Origin: Desulfobacterales bacterium
GTDB lineage: Bacteria; Desulfobacterota; Desulfobacteria; Desulfobacterales; UBA2174
Reading direction: 5' to 3'
DNA: 64,000 nt
Assembly: GCA_963668645.2 (NCBI GenBank)
Contig: CAXXWC010000021.1
Location: forward strand, 800,001-864,000
Part shown: one piece after another, positions 32,601-42,885 of the stretch
Numbering within the stretch: the first letter of the stretch is position 1
Layout: each line of letters begins with the position of its first letter
Notes under the pieces: model-generated
What the model was told of the DNA's origin: nothing
Database searches by the model: none
The model's input: only the letters and a program-made list of their open reading frames with translations
Made by a program: the position numbers and the translations under genes

Positions 32601-32639
32601 CTCTTATGAGTTAAAATGACAACAAAACGCACACATTTT

Positions 32640-32780
32640 TCATGCCGTCGTTGTCAACACTCCCCGCAACAACGGGATGACGGCCATCTCCCGGAGTTTC
32701 AAACCGGTGGCGGTCGCCCGGCGGCCGAATGCCGTCAGGTAATACTTGAACGTACCTCCGATTTTCTTTACCAATCCGTA
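32640..32780 (-). pseudogene. C-terminal relic of a winged-helix-tailed, IS-like putative transposase
   Basis: YGLVKKIGGTFKYYLTAFGRRATATGLKLREMAVIP..*; recognised from memory of multi-copy MarR-annotated mobile proteins. Confidence 0.45.
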
Positions 32781-32966
32781 CTCATACCTTACACTAAGTG
32801 CGATAGCTTCATAAATCCTGTTTGGTTGCGGCTTGTCCGCGTTGGGATATCAGAATTGACATAAAATTTATCTTCAGCCTTGCTGATATTGCGCAAATAG
32901 TGAACTAAAAACCATTCTAAAAAAAGCGATTTTAAACCAGGTTTCTTTGTGTCGAGGATCATTAAG

Positions 32967-34076
32967 ATGCGATTAGCAATAACAAATTATTTGCAGAACT
33001 TGTTAAATATCGGAGTTACCGGTTCGGATATAAAACTTGCACAAAAATTAAGGCAGCTTAATCTACTCATCCTCATCGCGCTGTTTGCCTCAATCCTATA
33101 TTTTTCCGTATATATTTATGCCCTGGAAAAGCCACTGGCGGCAAAAATACTCATCCCTTTTTTCATACTTTATCTGGCAACCTACTGGTTCTCGGACAAG
33201 AACAGGCTTTTTTGGGGGAAAATATGGATATTCTCTGTTTATCTAACCCACATTTTCTTGTATTCAGCTATTCTATTTTCAAAGGCTTCTGGGTTTCATT
33301 TCTTCTTTTTTATCCTGCCTCCAGTTTTAATTCTAATATTTGACAACAATGAGCTCGTGCCCAAGATAGTGTTCACTTTTTTGGCTGCCTTTTTATTCTT
33401 TCTCGCAGAAATTATGCCGGACTCGGGGTTCAGCATCCTCATCGACGATACAGAAAACCAGATTCTTTACTATATCTCCATGGCAACCTGCTTTGGCGGC
33501 CTTGTCGTTGTCACGGGAATTTTTGACCATGAGATCACCGTCCTGGAATCGGAATTGTCCCGCCTTGCAACCAGGGATCCCCTGACCCAAATCTTAAACA
33601 GACGCCAATTATTCCTTCTCCTTGAAAAACAGTTTGATTTGAGCCGAAGATACAATAGCGTATTTTCAACTATTCTGATAGATATCGATTTTTTTAAAAA
33701 AATCAATGATACCTTTGGGCATAAATGTGGAGATGAGGCGCTGATATGGATATCCAAAAAAATAGCAAAGAGCTTACGAAACCCGGATATATTCGCTCGG
33801 TATGGCGGGGAGGAGTTTTGCATTATACTTCCTGAAACGCCGGAAAAATCAGCATTTAGCGTGTCGGAGAAACTGAGGGCCGTCATTGAAAAACAGCCCT
33901 TCCGCTCCAAGGCCGGTCATATCATGACCATCACAGTTTCCTGTGGCGTATGCACAATTTCATCTGAGTTCAAAAACTACCAGGAAATAATTCATTATGC
34001 TGACAAGGCCCTGTATCGGGCCAAGAGAAAAGGCCGTAATCGAAGTGAAGTCTGGTTTTCAGAAAACAAGAGATGA
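32967..34076 (+). CDS. Membrane-bound diguanylate cyclase
   Basis: About six TM helices, DPLT, DIDFFKKIND, RNPD I-site, RYGGEEF. Confidence 0.92.
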   Translation: MRLAITNYLQNLLNIGVTGSDIKLAQKLRQLNLLILIALFASILYFSVYIYALEKPLAAKILIPFFILYLATYWFSDKNRLFWGKIWIFSVYLTHIFLYSAILFSKASGFHFFFFILPPVLILIFDNNELVPKIVFTFLAAFLFFLAEIMPDSGFSILIDDTENQILYYISMATCFGGLVVVTGIFDHEITVLESELSRLATRDPLTQILNRRQLFLLLEKQFDLSRRYNSVFSTILIDIDFFKKINDTFGHKCGDEALIWISKKIAKSLRNPDIFARYGGEEFCIILPETPEKSAFSVSEKLRAVIEKQPFRSKAGHIMTITVSCGVCTISSEFKNYQEIIHYADKALYRAKRKGRNRSEVWFSENKR

Positions 34077-34182
34077 TCTATGCAAAAGCCAATGCCCGCA
34101 GTAATTTTTAAAGGAATGCCTTAATATAAACCCCTGCCGAGCCCTCTTTTTATAGTACCCTATCAAAGGAGCCGTATTCTGC

Positions 34183-34211
34183 TTGACTATTCCATGACGG
34201 TTTTATATAGA
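34183..34211 (+). promoter_or_regulatory. Putative sigma70 promoter
   Basis: TTGACT-N17-TATAGA. Confidence 0.55.
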
Positions 34212-34313
34212 AAGACAAAATTTGCCAGAAGGCAAATAATTGCAGCAAGATTTTTACAACCCGCCGAAGCGGCCGGAATTCAGCCTGCTCGCGGCATCCA
34301 TAGCTAAAAACTG

Positions 34314-34364
34314 ACCACGAAGGTTCAGACGGTTACCGCATGTCAAACCTTTGTGGTTTTTTTT
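34314..34364 (+). terminator. Intrinsic terminator-like hairpin in the operon leader (putative attenuator)
   Basis: ACCACGAAGGTT..AACCTTTGTGGT stem plus T8, ending 39 nt before the first ATG. Confidence 0.6.
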
Positions 34365-34402
34365 GGAATGCCGCACAATTCGATTGAGACAGGAAAAAAT
34401 CC

Positions 34403-35161
34403 ATGGCCGCATGTGGTAGCAACAGACTTAAAAGCAGAATTGAAAAATACTGGAACTGGAGAAGTGCAAGTTACGAACTGGATCTGGCTAAATCCATCGA
34501 GACAGTAAAAAACTGGGAATCCACCATCAATGGCCTGGTGTCCCATTTCCGCGGAAAAGATATCCGGGCTCTTGACGTCGGAACAGGTCCGGGACAGTTG
34601 GCATTCTACCTTGCACAGGAAGGGTTTGATGTTACGGGAATTGATATTTCCCCGGGCATGATCGAACGGGCCAGCCTGAAAGCCCGAGAGTTGGGGCTTT
34701 GTGTAGACTTCAGGACCGGGGATGCGGGAAACCTTCCCTTTGGGGATAACGCCTTTGACGTGGTCGTCACCCGGAACCTTGTATGGACCCTTCCAAATCC
34801 TGAAGCGGCCGTTAAGGAGTGGCACAGGGTGTTAAAACCAGGTGGCCGCATTATTATATCCGACGGCTACTGGTGCAATACCACCTGGTTAAGAGTTCAT
34901 CATCTATTGTCAAAAACGGTAAAAAGTTTTCTCAAGACCCGCAGTCTCATTTCATGCCGTTTCTTTTTCCACTACGCCTCCCTAATCCATTCTCTTCCTC
35001 TGTATGAAGGCGTGACCCTGAAAGATGCAGGACGGCTGATGAAAAAGGCCGGATTCCAGAAAGTTCTTTCATGCGACATCCATAAGCATTTCGGGGTTAA
35101 TCCCTATGGCGCCGGCAGGTATTCACCTCCCCCGTTTTTTATTGCTTACGGGACCAAATGA
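34403..35161 (+). CDS. Class I SAM-dependent methyltransferase
   Basis: LDVGTGPG, FDVVVTRNLVWTLP, RVLKPGG. Confidence 0.92.
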   Translation: MAACGSNRLKSRIEKYWNWRSASYELDLAKSIETVKNWESTINGLVSHFRGKDIRALDVGTGPGQLAFYLAQEGFDVTGIDISPGMIERASLKARELGLCVDFRTGDAGNLPFGDNAFDVVVTRNLVWTLPNPEAAVKEWHRVLKPGGRIIISDGYWCNTTWLRVHHLLSKTVKSFLKTRSLISCRFFFHYASLIHSLPLYEGVTLKDAGRLMKKAGFQKVLSCDIHKHFGVNPYGAGRYSPPPFFIAYGTK

Positions 35162-35217
35162 ATGCCTTCATCCGTTATCCCATTATCGAGACCCGATTGG
35201 CTCAAGGAGGAGAAAAG

Positions 35218-37527
35218 ATGAAAAATGTTAAGGCTTTGTTATGTTCAACAGCGATTGTTCTGGCCTTGTGTTTCTCTTTATGGGCTGCAGATGAAACAGA
35301 GCAAGCCCCTAAACAGCAATCTTCCAAATCCGGCAAGAGTACGGAACTTGAGACCATTACAGTGATTGCCACAAAAACCCCCAAAGCCCCCCTGGATTCA
35401 CCCGCCTCGATTTCCGTGATTTCCGAAGATGAGATTGATGCTTTTAACACACAACACCCGTTCTTGCCATTGTTCCAGACAGAAGGGATTTACCCCCGGC
35501 ATTATAACGGCCTGGCTGATTACTGGTCTCGCCCGATGATGCGCGGACAAGAGGCCCTGATTCTGGTAGACGGCCTTAACTGGTATGATTACGCCCAATA
35601 CTATGACACAGGCGCCATCCCCATGAAGGATGTGGAGAAAATTGAAGTGGTGAGGGGGCCTTTTTCCGCCCTTTACGGCACCTTGGCCCAGACCGGCGTC
35701 ATCAACTATATCACCAAGATTCCCTATAAGATGGAAGCCGAGGCCTCCTTTACCTTCGGGGAAGATAATACCCAATACTACAGCGCACGCCTTGCCGACC
35801 GGCCCTTTGCCTCCTCGGACGGTACCGAACTCTCATGGGCGAATAAAAACCTTGGCGACAGGTTCTTTTATTCCATGAGTTTTAAATACCGGACCACGGA
35901 CGGGTATGATACCTATCCTGTTACTACCGGCCCAGGAACCCCAGTGGGTACACTCGATGCATCCACTCCCATTGCTGCAAATGTGGCCACTGATATTGAC
36001 CCCGAAAAGAATACGACTCGGGCATATATAGGGACAATGGGGGAGAACTGGTACGAAGACCATGGCGCGTTTTTAAAAACCGGATATGAATTTTCCGACT
36101 ATTCCAAAATCTGGTACAGCTTTAACGTCAGCCAGTTGGAATACGGATGGCGGGGAGGCCACAGCACTTTGACCAAGGCCGACGGCACCCCCATTACCTC
36201 CGGCACCGCATACTATAAGGTGGGTTCCAATTATTATGCGGTTGATTTGGACAATACCGCCTTTGAAAGGACAGGCTATAAGAAAGAATCCTATGTACAT
36301 ACTTTTCATTACGACTACTCCGTACCGGACACGGTAGACATCAATGCCCTTATAGGCTACAGTGACAAGGAGAACCAGGAGCACTCAAATACATCGGCGA
36401 CAACCACAGTAAAAGACAACGATCTGCTGCAGGGAGACCTGTCTGCCACATTCCATATGATGAACAACCAGTTGCTTTTGACCGTCGGCACCCAGGGCGT
36501 CAAAGAGACGGCTGAAGACACTGTTTATAATTTATCCAGTACCAGTGACTGGGATAGCCATACCTCTGTCAGTTCCCGGAAGTCAGGAGATAGCCTGACT
36601 TGGGGTTCCTTTGTCCAGGCCGAATACACGCCCATTGAACCCATCACCCTGTACCTTGGGGGCCGGTATGACCATTGGTGGGCTACGGATACGTCCTATT
36701 ATTCCAGTTCCACTGGCTTTTCATCTGCAGAAGATATAGATGACAGCCAGTTCAGTCCCAAGGCATCTATCCTTTACCGGTTGACGGATACTGGCGTGGT
36801 ACGGGCGTCTTTTGGAAAATCATTTACCGCCCCTACCCTGTATCAAAGAATGGGGACGTATAATTATACAGACAGCGACGGTACCCCAACGATTGGTATG
36901 GGGAATCCGAACCTAGACCCCTATACAAATACATCCTGGGAAATCGGTACGGAGTGGCAGCTTTTCAACAACCAACTGCGTGTCAAGGCAACATATTTCC
37001 AAAATGATTATGACGACATTATTTCAAGCGCTACTAGATCACAAATCGTTGATGGTGTGACCCAAAACGTAAGGACATACTATAACGTTGCAGGAGCTGA
37101 TGTAGATGGCATTGAACTGGCGTTAGAGGCCAATCTGCCATGGAATCTAAAAGGCGGCATCCATTATACCCATAACTGGTCTGAATATGACGACCCCAAT
37201 AATGACCTTGGTAAAGATGGCTGGATGGTGGATCAAACGCCCGAGGATATTTTCAACTGCTGGCTAGGATATTTTTCCGACTTTTGGGATGCCACCGTTA
37301 ATATGAGATACTCCGACATTGCATATGATGACCAGAAAAATCCCTATTCCAGTGCTGTATTCAAGGATTATACAGACTCCTTTGTTGTGGATGCCCAAGT
37401 GACGTACAGGCCGGCCAAGAAATTGTCCGTGACCCTGTCGGTGGACAACCTGTTCGATGAAGAATATTATGAATACTATGAACAGCCCGGCCGGACGGTA
37501 CTTGGCACGATTACCTTATCCCTGTAG
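35218..37527 (+). CDS. TonB-dependent receptor
   Basis: Signal peptide, TonB box ETITVIA, IEVVRGPFSALYG, GVINYIT, NLFDEEY..PGRT; GGAGG RBS. Confidence 0.93.
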   Translation: MKNVKALLCSTAIVLALCFSLWAADETEQAPKQQSSKSGKSTELETITVIATKTPKAPLDSPASISVISEDEIDAFNTQHPFLPLFQTEGIYPRHYNGLADYWSRPMMRGQEALILVDGLNWYDYAQYYDTGAIPMKDVEKIEVVRGPFSALYGTLAQTGVINYITKIPYKMEAEASFTFGEDNTQYYSARLADRPFASSDGTELSWANKNLGDRFFYSMSFKYRTTDGYDTYPVTTGPGTPVGTLDASTPIAANVATDIDPEKNTTRAYIGTMGENWYEDHGAFLKTGYEFSDYSKIWYSFNVSQLEYGWRGGHSTLTKADGTPITSGTAYYKVGSNYYAVDLDNTAFERTGYKKESYVHTFHYDYSVPDTVDINALIGYSDKENQEHSNTSATTTVKDNDLLQGDLSATFHMMNNQLLLTVGTQGVKETAEDTVYNLSSTSDWDSHTSVSSRKSGDSLTWGSFVQAEYTPIEPITLYLGGRYDHWWATDTSYYSSSTGFSSAEDIDDSQFSPKASILYRLTDTGVVRASFGKSFTAPTLYQRMGTYNYTDSDGTPTIGMGNPNLDPYTNTSWEIGTEWQLFNNQLRVKATYFQNDYDDIISSATRSQIVDGVTQNVRTYYNVAGADVDGIELALEANLPWNLKGGIHYTHNWSEYDDPNNDLGKDGWMVDQTPEDIFNCWLGYFSDFWDATVNMRYSDIAYDDQKNPYSSAVFKDYTDSFVVDAQVTYRPAKKLSVTLSVDNLFDEEYYEYYEQPGRTVLGTITLSL

Positions 37528-37536
37528 GATGAATTT

Positions 37537-39114
37537 GTGGCGTTAAAAAAAATAAAACCCTTTCCTGCCCGGTCGGGCCTGCTGCGTCGAACCCGGCCGG
37601 GCAGGGTCCTTTTGTGCCTGGCCCTGTGCCTGTGGGCATCCATCTCCCTGGCTGCAGATCCGTTCTTGGTTGCCAAGCCTTTCGGACCGTCGGGTTCCGG
37701 GCTGGATCCGGCCAAGGGGAGCAACGGATGGTATGCCAGTGAATCGGGAATTACAGAAACCCTGTTCGCCCTTGATACGGATATGAAACTGGAGCCCTGG
37801 CTGGCGCAAGGTTTTACCAATTTGTCCCCCCTGGCTTGGGAGATCCGCATCCGGGATAATATTTTTTTCCACGGCCGTGTACCTCTGACGGCCCAGGCCG
37901 TCAAAATGTCCATTGAACATCTGATTGATGAAAATAGCGACGGATTCAACAAACGGATCCAGGGACTTCTGGACATCAAGTCCATCCAGGTGACAGGGAG
38001 CCTTTCCCTGATGGTGGAAACCCGGCATCCGAATGCCGGCTTGATTTACAATCTCACTTCCCCTGAAACGGCAATCGTTGATCGGTCGGGAAAAATCCAT
38101 GCCGGTACGGGCCCCTTTCAACTGGAAACGATAGTGCCCAGCGAAAAAGTCGTTGTCAGGGCTTTTCCGGAATATTGGGGCGGAAAACCGAAACTGGAGC
38201 AGGCCGAGCTTATCGTCATCAAGAATCCGGTTTCCCGGATGCTGGCCTTTGAGTCGGGAAAAATCGACATGGCCACCAACTTTCCGGAGCTGGATGCGGT
38301 GCGTCTGATAAAAGAAAGGCGGGGCAGGATCGAATACGGTCCCACCGCCCGGCTCTGTTTTTTCTTTGTGAGGGTCAAGGACGGTCCTCTGGCTGATCCC
38401 CTGATACGCAAGGCGCTTAATTTCGCCATTGACCGCAACCAGATCCTGGAATCGGTGCTTGGCAGTATCGGCGGAGCCATCGAGGGCTCGGTCTTGCCCC
38501 GGGTGCTACCCTGGTGCAACCGGGCCCTTTCTTCCTATGTCTATGACTCTGAAAAGGCGATTTCCCTATTGGAATCGGCCGGGGCCAGGGACCTGAACGG
38601 GGACGGGATCAGGGAAATGGACGGCAGTCCCCTGCGCCTTGAGATGTGGACTTACGAGAACCGCGCCGCCTTAAAGCCGACCCTTGAACTGATCAGGTCC
38701 CAACTGGCACGGGTGGGCATTGACGCCGGCATCCGGGTTACCAAGAAAGGGTCCCCGATCAACCAGGCCATGAGCCAGGGCAGGGTTCACCTCAATCTTC
38801 AGATGTGGAACACCGCTCCCCAAGGAGACCCGGACGCCTTTCTTTCAGACGTGTTCATGACCGGGGCTAGGTCAAACTTCATGGGATATTCGAACCCGGA
38901 ACTGGACCGGCTTCTAAAAGAGGCCAGGGCCTGCTTTGATCCGGCCAGGCGGTCTCATTTGTACAACCAGATTCAGCAGATCATCTATGAAGAGAACCCG
39001 GTGATCGTCCTCTTTTCTAAATCTATGGTCACGGCCATGTCAGACCGCGTTCGGGGATACAAGATCCATCCGGCGGAAAAATACCTGTTAACCAATATGA
39101 TTTGCAGGAAATAG
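37537..39114 (+). CDS. ABC substrate-binding protein, family 5 (Nik/Opp/Cnt-like)
   Basis: ETLF, PWLA, GTGPFQL, YWGGKP, IRKALNFAIDR, YSNPELD. Confidence 0.9.
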   Translation: MALKKIKPFPARSGLLRRTRPGRVLLCLALCLWASISLAADPFLVAKPFGPSGSGLDPAKGSNGWYASESGITETLFALDTDMKLEPWLAQGFTNLSPLAWEIRIRDNIFFHGRVPLTAQAVKMSIEHLIDENSDGFNKRIQGLLDIKSIQVTGSLSLMVETRHPNAGLIYNLTSPETAIVDRSGKIHAGTGPFQLETIVPSEKVVVRAFPEYWGGKPKLEQAELIVIKNPVSRMLAFESGKIDMATNFPELDAVRLIKERRGRIEYGPTARLCFFFVRVKDGPLADPLIRKALNFAIDRNQILESVLGSIGGAIEGSVLPRVLPWCNRALSSYVYDSEKAISLLESAGARDLNGDGIREMDGSPLRLEMWTYENRAALKPTLELIRSQLARVGIDAGIRVTKKGSPINQAMSQGRVHLNLQMWNTAPQGDPDAFLSDVFMTGARSNFMGYSNPELDRLLKEARACFDPARRSHLYNQIQQIIYEENPVIVLFSKSMVTAMSDRVRGYKIHPAEKYLLTNMICRK

Positions 39115-39118
39115 CAGC

Positions 39119-39934
39119 TTGATCTGCCAGAACCGGCCCGGCCGGGAAATTTTAAGAACCACCTGTCTTGGAGTGACAGTACGGGAAAAGGGAGGAGAGC
39201 GGGCCCTGCTCCGGAATGTGAATTTTTCCCTTTGCCAGGGAGAAATCCACGGGCTTGTGGGCGAATCCGGATGTGGTAAAAGCCTTTTCGCCAGAAGTCT
39301 TGTCCGGCTGGAAACCCCGGCCCGCATCGTATCCGGTTCTATTCTCATCGAAGGAACCAATGTGGCGGACAAAGGGCCGCAGGCCCTTGTACCTTTCCGG
39401 GGGAAAAGGATTTCCCTGGTGCTCCAGAATCCGGCCTCTGCCATGGACCCGGTGTTTACCCTGGCAAGCCAGTTCAGAGACGCCCTTTCCATTCTTCCGG
39501 GACCCGAGCGGTCCATGGACCGGGTATACCGACTGCTGGAAGAGGTGGGCATCTCATCTCCGGCTTCCCGGTGCCGCCAGTATCCTCATGAATGGAGCCG
39601 GGGCATGCTTCAGCGGGCCCAATTGGTCATGGCCCTTCTGTCAAATCCCGAGAGTATGATACTGGACGAAGTCACCTCGGCCCTTGATCCCACCATCGCC
39701 CTTCAGCTCATTAGACTCATTGCCCGCTTCAGACAGACACGGCAGACAGCATTTATTCTGATCACCCATGACCTTGCCATGGCCGCCCATGTCTGCGATC
39801 GGATATCGGTTATGCATCAGGGCACCATCCTGGAAACCCAGGATGTGAACAGCCTTTTTAAGAAACCAATTCACCCGTATACCATTGCATTCATAGCTGA
39901 AACAGGCATGGGGGACTCGTGCCCGATCCCCTGA
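39119..39934 (+). CDS. ABC ATPase (DppD/NikD-like)
   Basis: GESGCGKS, YPHEWSRGMLQR, LDEVTSALD, ITHD. Confidence 0.9.
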   Translation: MICQNRPGREILRTTCLGVTVREKGGERALLRNVNFSLCQGEIHGLVGESGCGKSLFARSLVRLETPARIVSGSILIEGTNVADKGPQALVPFRGKRISLVLQNPASAMDPVFTLASQFRDALSILPGPERSMDRVYRLLEEVGISSPASRCRQYPHEWSRGMLQRAQLVMALLSNPESMILDEVTSALDPTIALQLIRLIARFRQTRQTAFILITHDLAMAAHVCDRISVMHQGTILETQDVNSLFKKPIHPYTIAFIAETGMGDSCPIP

Positions 39935-40905
39935 TTCAGATTCAGGATCTTGGAGTATCCTTCAGGGACAGGTCCTGGGGGTTTGGTCGCAGTTCCCTGA
40001 TCTGGGGGGTGAGACAGGTTTGTTTAACCCTGGAGAAGGGAGACTCCTTCTGCCTCATCGGGGAAAGCGGATCGGGCAAGAGCACCCTGGCCTTGGCCCT
40101 GGCGGGTCTTCTGCCCTTCCAGGAGGGCCGGCTGATGTTCGAAGGCAGAAAAATCGCAACGTCCAACGACAGTAACCATAAAACGCTGATGGAAAGGACC
40201 CAGATGGTTTTCCAGGATCCTGTGCAGGCCCTGAACCCTTTCCAGCCCTTGCGCCGGTCCCTTGAAGAACCCCTGGCAGCCAGGGGGATCAGGCCCGCAA
40301 AACGGCAGGCCCTTCTTGCCCCGCTCATCCAAGACACCGGGTTGACGGCGGATTTGCTGGAACGGTTGCCGGCCCAGGCCTCGGGGGGCCAGAATCAGCG
40401 GGTCTGCATCGCCAGGTCTCTGTCCACCCGGCCGGAGCTGCTCATTCTCGACGAGCCCCTGACCGCCCTGGACAGTCTGATCAAGGCTCGGATCACCCGC
40501 CTGTTATGCCAACTAAAGGATAAATATCCGGTCACCTGCTTTATCATTACCCATGACATGGCCCTGGTTAAGACCATGGCCACCCGGGTGGGGGTCCTCT
40601 ACCTGGGGCGGATACTGGAAACCGCATCCAAATCCGTCCTTTTGTCCGAACCGGCCCATCCCTATACCCGGGCCCTTTTGTCCGCCTCTTTTACCCCGGG
40701 CATCTGGGATGGAAAACGGCTGGTGCTCAAGGGCGATGCACCGCCCGCCAGGGACCTGCCTGAAGGCTGTATTTTCCACCCTCGATGCCCGGAGTCCTTT
40801 TCGGTGTGCAGAAAACAGGCGCCTGAGCCTGTCTTGCTTTCACCCGGCCACACAGTATCCTGCCATATGTACACCCAGGGGGGGCATCCGCGTTGGGCTT
40901 CATGA
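39919..40905 (+). CDS. ABC ATPase (DppF/OppF-like)
   Basis: GESGSGKS, SGGQNQR, HPYTRALL, GCIFHPRCP. Confidence 0.9.
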   Translation: MPDPLIQIQDLGVSFRDRSWGFGRSSLIWGVRQVCLTLEKGDSFCLIGESGSGKSTLALALAGLLPFQEGRLMFEGRKIATSNDSNHKTLMERTQMVFQDPVQALNPFQPLRRSLEEPLAARGIRPAKRQALLAPLIQDTGLTADLLERLPAQASGGQNQRVCIARSLSTRPELLILDEPLTALDSLIKARITRLLCQLKDKYPVTCFIITHDMALVKTMATRVGVLYLGRILETASKSVLLSEPAHPYTRALLSASFTPGIWDGKRLVLKGDAPPARDLPEGCIFHPRCPESFSVCRKQAPEPVLLSPGHTVSCHMYTQGGHPRWAS

Positions 40906-41828
40906 TGAAAAAAACAGCCGGGATGGCCCTGGTCCTTTTCGGAGCCTCCTTTCTGACCTATGCCATGATCCTCCTGGCCCCGGGGGATGCCGCCAGGGAG
41001 ATCGCTGTTGCCCGGTACGGCGGGGAAAGCCAACTGGACCGGGCCACGGTGGAGTGGATCAGGGAAAAAGAGGGGCTTGACCAGCCCTTCCTGGTTCAGT
41101 ACGGCCGGTGGCTGTCTCATATTGTCCGGCTCGATTTCGGGTATTCCCTGGTGGAGGAAGCGAAAGTCTTCCGCCTGATCTGCCAGAGGTTTCCCAAAAC
41201 CTTTGAACTGGCCGCAGTTTCTCTTCTTCTTGCCCTGGCCGTATCCCTTCCCCTGGGAACCCTGGCCGGGCTGGGTCGCGGCTCCTGGCTGGACTCGGCT
41301 TCCGTCTCCCTGTCCGTGCTGGGACTTTCCATCCCCAATTTCTGGCTGGGGCTGCTTTTGATCACCCTTTTTAGCGTCAACCTCCACTGGCTTCCCAGTT
41401 TCGGAACCGGGGGATGGCAGCATCTGATCATGCCGGCCCTTACCCTTGGCACATCCATCACCGCCTATATTGCGAGACTGCTTCGCCTCTCCGTAATTCA
41501 GAGCATGGAATCGGAGCATGTCCTGGCCGTCAGGGCCAGGGGAACGGACTCCCCAAAGGTCCTGGCAAAGCATGTTTTCAAGAACACCCTGATCCCGATG
41601 GTTACCATTGTAGGCCTGGAATTCGGTCTGATTCTTGAGGGGGCAGTGGTGACAGAGGTGGTCTTTTCATGGCCCGGACTTGGCAGCCTCATGGTGGACG
41701 CCATCTGCAACCGGGACTACCCCCTGATCCAGGGGGTAGTGCTATTTACCGGAGCCATTTTTGTTTTGATCAATTTCGGAGTAGACCTGATCTGCAGCGC
41801 CCTGGATCCAAGGATACGCATGAAATGA
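40902..41828 (+). CDS. ABC permease (NikB/DppB-like)
   Basis: PGDAA, GLDQPFLVQY, SIPNFWLG, EVVFSWPGLG, RDYPLIQG; ATGA overlap. Confidence 0.92.
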   Translation: MMKKTAGMALVLFGASFLTYAMILLAPGDAAREIAVARYGGESQLDRATVEWIREKEGLDQPFLVQYGRWLSHIVRLDFGYSLVEEAKVFRLICQRFPKTFELAAVSLLLALAVSLPLGTLAGLGRGSWLDSASVSLSVLGLSIPNFWLGLLLITLFSVNLHWLPSFGTGGWQHLIMPALTLGTSITAYIARLLRLSVIQSMESEHVLAVRARGTDSPKVLAKHVFKNTLIPMVTIVGLEFGLILEGAVVTEVVFSWPGLGSLMVDAICNRDYPLIQGVVLFTGAIFVLINFGVDLICSALDPRIRMK

Positions 41829-42673
41829 GTCTATTTCACAGGATACCATTTCCCGGACATCTTCTGGCTTCTGCGGCCAGGAATCCCGTGGCCAGTATGG
41901 CCGCAGGCGTCTTGATCCTTCTGGCCGTCCTGACCGTGGCCGGCCCGGACCTGGCACCTAACGATCCTCTGACCCCAGATCCGGCCATGCGTCTTTGCCC
42001 GCCCTGCCCCCGGTTTCCCATGGGCTGCGATGCTCTGGGTCGGTGTCTTTTCTCCCGCATATTGTACGGCGCCAGGGCCTCGGCCGGCATCGGGTTTGCC
42101 GCCGTGGCCCTTTCCGCCAGCCTGGGCACGGCCATCGGGCTGGCGGCCGGATATTTCAAAGGATGGGTCGATGAAGTGTTCATGCGCGTCACCGACATGT
42201 TTCTGGCCTTTCCGGAGATGGTGGCGGCCATTGCCCTGGCCGGCATCATGGGGCCGGGAAACCTGAACCTGATTTTTGCCATCAGTTGCGTATCCTGGAC
42301 AAAGTACGCCCGCCTGTCCCGTGGTATCGCCCTGACGTCCCGGGAGGCCCTTTACGTAAAGTCCGCCCGTTTGTCCGGGGTATCGCCGGCCATGATCATT
42401 GTCCGGCACATCCTACCCACGGTCCGGCCAGCCATGACGGTCCTGGCCACCGTGGGAATGGCCAAGGGAATTTTGAGCGTCTCCTCCCTTGGATTTCTCG
42501 GATTCGGAGTCCAGCCTCCAGACCCGGAGTGGGGAACGCTTCTCATGGAAGGCAAGGATTACCTGTTCACCGCCCCCCATCTATCCATATTCCCCGGTCT
42601 TTGCATCATGGCCGCAGTCATGGCCTTCAATCTGCTGGGAAACCGGATGGAGCAGCAAACCGGCGTCTTTTAA
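41825..42673 (+). CDS. ABC permease (NikC/DppC-like)
   Basis: GCDALGR, DMFLAFP, RHILP, GVQPPDPEWG; ATGA overlap. Confidence 0.92.
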   Translation: MSLFHRIPFPGHLLASAARNPVASMAAGVLILLAVLTVAGPDLAPNDPLTPDPAMRLCPPCPRFPMGCDALGRCLFSRILYGARASAGIGFAAVALSASLGTAIGLAAGYFKGWVDEVFMRVTDMFLAFPEMVAAIALAGIMGPGNLNLIFAISCVSWTKYARLSRGIALTSREALYVKSARLSGVSPAMIIVRHILPTVRPAMTVLATVGMAKGILSVSSLGFLGFGVQPPDPEWGTLLMEGKDYLFTAPHLSIFPGLCIMAAVMAFNLLGNRMEQQTGVF

Positions 42674-42885
42674 TCCTGGCCTTCATTATTTGAGCAAAAA
42701 AAAAATAAACGGCCGCTTCTTCCACGATGCGGTTGGGTGTTTGCCCATCAGGACCGCGGCTGTGAGCAAGGCCATCAAAAGAGGTGAGTCTTTAACCAAG
42801 GAAGATACTCGCTTTCATTAAAAATTGGTGCCTATTGCACCGAACGCCCCAAACGGCCCTTGAGGCCAAGGATAGAGGAGGATCC

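Noticed and set aside
32821..32846. TTTGGTTGCGGCTTGTCCGCGTTGGG small hairpin resembling a mobile-element end
   Set aside because: Single short copy with no partner end in the window
42764..42821. AVSKAIKRGESLTKE, resembling the tail of a REP-associated tyrosine transposase
   Set aside because: Too short to support a call
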